From positions 1 through 19,149 of the forward strand of contig CAZHPN010000124.1 in NCBI GenBank assembly GCA_964534375.1: a stretch of 19,149 nucleotides of DNA, read 5' to 3'. The position numbers and the translations under genes are program-made. The notes beneath the pieces are model-generated. The model had not been told where the DNA came from. It searched no databases and saw only the letters and a list, made by a program, of their open reading frames with translations. How positions within the stretch are numbered: position 1 is the stretch's first letter; each line of letters opens with the position of its first letter. This stretch comes from an uncultured bacterium (GTDB lineage: Bacteria > Lernaellota > Lernaellaia > Lernaellales > Lernaellaceae). Shown in pieces: positions 16,007 to 19,149 of this stretch.

Positions 16007-16061
16007 TCGGGCGCCGAACGACGCGCGAAATATCGTTGCGTGGCGCGGGCAACTGAATTAG

Positions 16062-16078
16062 CATAAAATGCTTTTATG
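16062..16078. promoter_or_regulatory. Perfect AT-rich inverted repeat CATAAAA-N3-TTTTATG overlapping a TAAAAT -10 candidate
   Basis: 7-3-7 dyad ending 20 nt before ATG 16099, in otherwise GC-rich DNA. Confidence 0.45.
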
Positions 16079-16098
16079 GACCCGGCGGACCGGCGGCA

Positions 16099-17784
16099 AT
16101 GAATCGAAAATGCTCCTCCTGCGGCATGGTGAATTTCCCGACGGCGGTGGTATGCCGGCGGTGCTCCAAGCCGCTGTCCGCGAACTGCCCGGATTGCGGC
16201 CGCGAGGTGACCCCGGGCGCCGTGTTCTGCCCAGCCTGCGGCACCATTCTCGCCGAGGGCAAAGTCGTTGACGTCTCCGCGTACAAAAACAAGAGTTCGC
16301 GGTCGCGCGGCTACGACGAAGAGCGCACGCAAATGGGGCTCGGGAAGAAAGAGGTCGCCCTCGCCAAAAGCGCAATAAAATCGAAGGCGCCCGGCGTCCG
16401 CGAATGCCCCGAGTGCGCGGCGACGATAAGCCGCGAAGCCGTTTACTGCGTCCACTGCGGCGCGATGTTCGATTCCCTGCTGGACGCGTCGGAAAACCCG
16501 TTGTTCGGCGTGGCGGTTCCGGAAACGTCCGGCGCCCCAAAATCGACGCCGCCCGCGGCCAAACCCAAAACGCCGCCCCCCAAAGCCGCGCCGCCAGCGC
16601 CCGCGGTCAAGCCGGCAACGCCGACCGCCGAGGACGCGCCGCCGCCCGCAGCCAAGCCCGCAACGCCGACCCCCAAGGCCGCGCCGACGCCCGCGGCCAG
16701 GCCCGCGACGCCGACGCCCAAGGCCGCGTCGCCGCCCGCGGCCAGGCCCGCAGCACCGACGCCGAAGGCCGCGCCGCCGGCCGCCCGGCCGGTCGCGAAA
16801 CCAAGTGCGCCGGCCGCTGCCGCCAAGCCGCCCGCGTCGCCGCCGAAACCGATCGTCGCCGACGAGTCGAAGCCGGCCGAAAGACCGTTGCCGCTGTCGC
16901 TGCAAGGCAAAGCGCGCTCCGCGCCGACGACGCCAGGCGCGGCCCCGCCCGCCCAGGTCGCCGCCGGACCGGCGCCCGCCGCGCCCGACGCCGGGGCAAC
17001 CGGCGCGGCAAAAGCAGCGACCCGCCCGGGCCGCAAGGCGCCGCGGCCGACGCCGGCCGCCGCGGTTCCGCCGCCCGTTCCGCTCGCGCCGCCCGAGCCG
17101 GCGAAAGTCGCGCCGGCGACGCCCCCAACCGGCCGACCCCGGGCCGAATTGAACCTCACCATGCTGCCGGTCAACGGCGCGACGTTCCAGCATCCGGCCC
17201 ACCCGGAAAAGGCCGTGGCGGTCGGCGGTTTCTATCTCGCGGCCGAGCCCGTCACGTGCGCGCAGTACGCCGTGTTCCTCAAGGCAACCGGCCACCCGGC
17301 CCCCGTCGACTGGCTGGACGGCGAATATCTGCCGGGCAAGGCGAATCATCCGGTCGTGATGGTGACGCTGCTCGACGCGCTGGCCTTTTGCCGGTGGGCC
17401 GGCGTGCGCCTGCCGAAAGCCGACGAATGGCTGGCCGCCTGCGTCGGCAAGAGCGCGCTCAAATATCCGTGGGCCAACGGCGGGCCGCCGCCGGAACTGC
17501 TGGGCGGCACGACGACGCGCGCCGTCGACGCGTTCGCGCCGTACCGCGGCCCGTTCGGCCACATCTGTCTGCTCGGCGACGTGCAGCAATGGCTGTTCGA
17601 GCCCGCGCCCGACGGCGACAAGACCGGCGATCCGGAAGCGCCGACCGGCGTGTTCGGCATCGGGGGCTCGAGCTATCTGGACCCGCTGTGGGTCGGCGCC
17701 AACGGCCGCTCGTCGCCGGTGCACAACCCGCTGATCGCCGATTTCCATATCGGTTTCCGTTGCGCCACCGACAGCATGGCGTGA
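16099..17784 (+). CDS. Zinc-ribbon protein with a Pro/Ala-rich linker and a C-terminal FGE-sulfatase (SUMF1/EgtB/PvdO-like) domain
   Basis: Six CxxC pairs (CSSC, CRRC, CPDC, CPAC, CPEC, CVHC); EPVTCAQYAVF; NHPVVMVTLLDALAFCRWAGVRLP; YPW; GDVQQW; GGSSY; IGFRC. Confidence 0.88.
   Translation: MNRKCSSCGMVNFPTAVVCRRCSKPLSANCPDCGREVTPGAVFCPACGTILAEGKVVDVSAYKNKSSRSRGYDEERTQMGLGKKEVALAKSAIKSKAPGVRECPECAATISREAVYCVHCGAMFDSLLDASENPLFGVAVPETSGAPKSTPPAAKPKTPPPKAAPPAPAVKPATPTAEDAPPPAAKPATPTPKAAPTPAARPATPTPKAASPPAARPAAPTPKAAPPAARPVAKPSAPAAAAKPPASPPKPIVADESKPAERPLPLSLQGKARSAPTTPGAAPPAQVAAGPAPAAPDAGATGAAKAATRPGRKAPRPTPAAAVPPPVPLAPPEPAKVAPATPPTGRPRAELNLTMLPVNGATFQHPAHPEKAVAVGGFYLAAEPVTCAQYAVFLKATGHPAPVDWLDGEYLPGKANHPVVMVTLLDALAFCRWAGVRLPKADEWLAACVGKSALKYPWANGGPPPELLGGTTTRAVDAFAPYRGPFGHICLLGDVQQWLFEPAPDGDKTGDPEAPTGVFGIGGSSYLDPLWVGANGRSSPVHNPLIADFHIGFRCATDSMA
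16561..16785 (+). repeat. Coding minisatellite: five ~45-bp units encoding (K/R)PATPTPKAAPxPAA
   Basis: KPKTPPPKAAPPAPAV / KPATPTAEDAPPPAA / KPATPTPKAAPTPAA / RPATPTPKAASPPAA / RPAAPTPKAAPPAA. Confidence 0.85.
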
Positions 17785-17800
17785 GTGAGATCGAATTATA

Positions 17801-17829
17801 AACACAGAGGGAACACAGAGGACGCAGAG
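17801..17829. repeat. Three degenerate purine-rich ACACAGAG units
   Basis: AACACAGAG G GAACACAGAG GACGCAGAG, just after the stop at 17784. Confidence 0.75.
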
Positions 17830-17870
17830 AAAATTGGTGTGAAAAATGCCCGCGAAACCGCAGGGGTCGG

Positions 17871-17915
17871 TCACATAGATCCCATGATTCCCATGACTCC
17901 CATAATTCCCATTCT
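17871..17915. repeat. Five tandem 9-mers (TCMCATNNN)
   Basis: TCACATAGA TCCCATGAT TCCCATGAC TCCCATAAT TCCCATTCT. Confidence 0.9.
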
Positions 17916-17938
17916 GTTCGGAAAATAAAATGCACCTC

Positions 17939-17967
17939 TTGCCTTTTGGCCGCGGCGGCTCTAATAA
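17939..17967 (+). promoter_or_regulatory. Possible trxB promoter (TTGCCT-N17-TAATAA)
   Basis: Correct spacing with an imperfect -10. GGAG SD lies before ATG 18005. Confidence 0.35.
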
Positions 17968-18004
17968 ATCACGGGGACCGAACCGCCCCTGACGGAGAAA
18001 AAAT

Positions 18005-18934
18005 ATGACCGTGCGTCACGAAAAAATCGTCATTGTCGGCGCCGGGCCGGCCGGCCTCACCGCCGCGATCTACGCGGCCCGCGCCGGCCTGAAGCCACTG
18101 GTGATCGAGAAGCTGCAGCCCGGCGGCATGATGATGACGACCGACCTCATCGAGAACTACCCCGGGTTCGACGAGGGCGTGAACGGCGCGGACTTGTCGC
18201 TGAAGATGCACCAGCACGCCGAACGGTTCGGGGCGCGCTTCGAATTCGGCGAGACGCACGCGGCGTTGCAGGCGAACGGCGGCCTCCTGCTGCAGACCGA
18301 CCTCGGCGAGATCGCGGCGACCGTCGTAATCGCCGCCACGGGCACCGAGCACCGGCTGCTGGGGATCCCGGGCGAGCAGAAGTTCTTCGGCCGCGGCGTG
18401 TCGATCTGCGGCACCTGCGACGGCCCATTCTACAAGGGCCGCGCCGTCGGCGTGGTCGGCGGCGGCAACAGCGCGATCCAGGAGGGGCTGTACGTTGCGC
18501 GCTTCGCCTCCGAGGTGAACATCATCCATCGCCGCGACGAGTTGCGCGCCGACAAGATCCTGGCCGACCGCGCCCTGGCGGCGCCCAACATCAAGTTCGT
18601 TTGGAGCTCCGTGGTGCTCGAAGTGCTGGGGCAGAATGCCGTCGAAGGTCTCCGCGTGCAAAACAAGAAGACCGGCGAAGTCAGCACGCTGCCGGTCCAC
18701 GGCTTCTTCGAGTTCATCGGCTTGATCCCCAACAGCAAATGGCTGAAGAACCTCGCGCCGCTCAGCGAAGAGGGGTTCGTCGTCACCAACGAGTTCGGCG
18801 AAACCGAAATCCCCGGCCTGTTCGCCGCCGGCGACGTCCGCCGCAAACCGATGCGTCAGATCGCCACCGCCGTCGGCGACGGTTCGGCCGTCGTGCGCAC
18901 GGTCGAGAAGTATCTGGAATCGAAGGCCGGCTGA
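18005..18934 (+). CDS. trxB: Thioredoxin-disulfide reductase
   Basis: GAGPAGLTAAIYAAR; IENYPGF; GRGVSICGTCDG redox CxxC; VVGGGNSA; IHRRDELRA NADPH motif; GLFAAGDV; RQIATAVGDG. Confidence 0.96.
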   Translation: MTVRHEKIVIVGAGPAGLTAAIYAARAGLKPLVIEKLQPGGMMMTTDLIENYPGFDEGVNGADLSLKMHQHAERFGARFEFGETHAALQANGGLLLQTDLGEIAATVVIAATGTEHRLLGIPGEQKFFGRGVSICGTCDGPFYKGRAVGVVGGGNSAIQEGLYVARFASEVNIIHRRDELRADKILADRALAAPNIKFVWSSVVLEVLGQNAVEGLRVQNKKTGEVSTLPVHGFFEFIGLIPNSKWLKNLAPLSEEGFVVTNEFGETEIPGLFAAGDVRRKPMRQIATAVGDGSAVVRTVEKYLESKAG

Positions 18935-19004
18935 CGCGCCAAAGCGCGGACGGCCGGCGCCGAAAAATTGGCTTTGTTTCGTAATTTTGCCTTTCTTCGC
19001 CCAA

Positions 19005-19149
19005 CTAAACCGAAGTTCCCGGTCAAGAAACTAAAAAGTCGGCGCATCGGACGCGGTCTTCATCCGGCAGCGATTGCGGCACTGGGTGGCCAGGACGTTC
19101 AGCAACGTGTGGAAGCTGTGAACGGGCAGGCCGTCAGGCGTGCGCTTGG
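19005..19149 (-). mobile_element. 3' end of an IS1634-family-like element: transposase C-terminus (19147-19031) and candidate terminal inverted repeat
   Basis: The minus strand reads KRTPDGLPVHSFHTLLNVLATQCRNRCRMKTASDAPTF*. I recognise DGxPVHSFxTLLxxLAT as the C-terminal motif of a group of IS1634 transposases. CTAAACCGAAGTTCCC (19005-19020) is the candidate element end. This ORF is not in the track because it is cut by the window edge. Confidence 0.78.

Noticed and set aside
17660..17784. DGR variable region in the FGE/CLec-fold C-terminus
   Set aside because: No template repeat, reverse transcriptase or avd gene in the window. A remote DGR cannot be excluded without a genome search.
18406..18423. 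TrxB active site CGTCDG instead of the common CATCDG
   Set aside because: Conservative variant with the CxxC and NADPH motifs intact; not evidence of a new function.

Overview
High-GC bacterial window, delta-proteobacterial/myxobacterial in style (taxonomy is inference only). It holds 12 credible protein genes: a 3xPAS-HisKA_3-HATPase-REC hybrid kinase, an RlmD-type 23S rRNA m5U methyltransferase, a 1023-aa FAD/Fe-S/CCG oxidoreductase with a Met-rich tail, a secreted protein with two 8-Cys repeats, an ArnT/PMT-like GT-C protein, rlmE, a probable four-gene envelope operon (Cys-rich lipoprotein, divergent AttH/CrtC-like protein, 2-TM protein, TMTC-like GT-C/TPR protein), a zinc-ribbon/Pro-Ala linker/FGE-sulfatase protein, and trxB. 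There are also three gene remnants: a PAS fragment, a truncated B12-binding domain and the 3' end of an IS1634-like transposase at the right edge. The most unexplained signal is non-coding. Two intergenic regions about 10 kb apart share a compound layout: gene stop, purine-rich short repeats, AATGCC, CCGC(A)GGGGTCGG, then a tandem 9-mer array. The 9-mer units differ between the sites but begin at the same position after the shared leader. Family calls come from motif recognition by eye; no searches were run.
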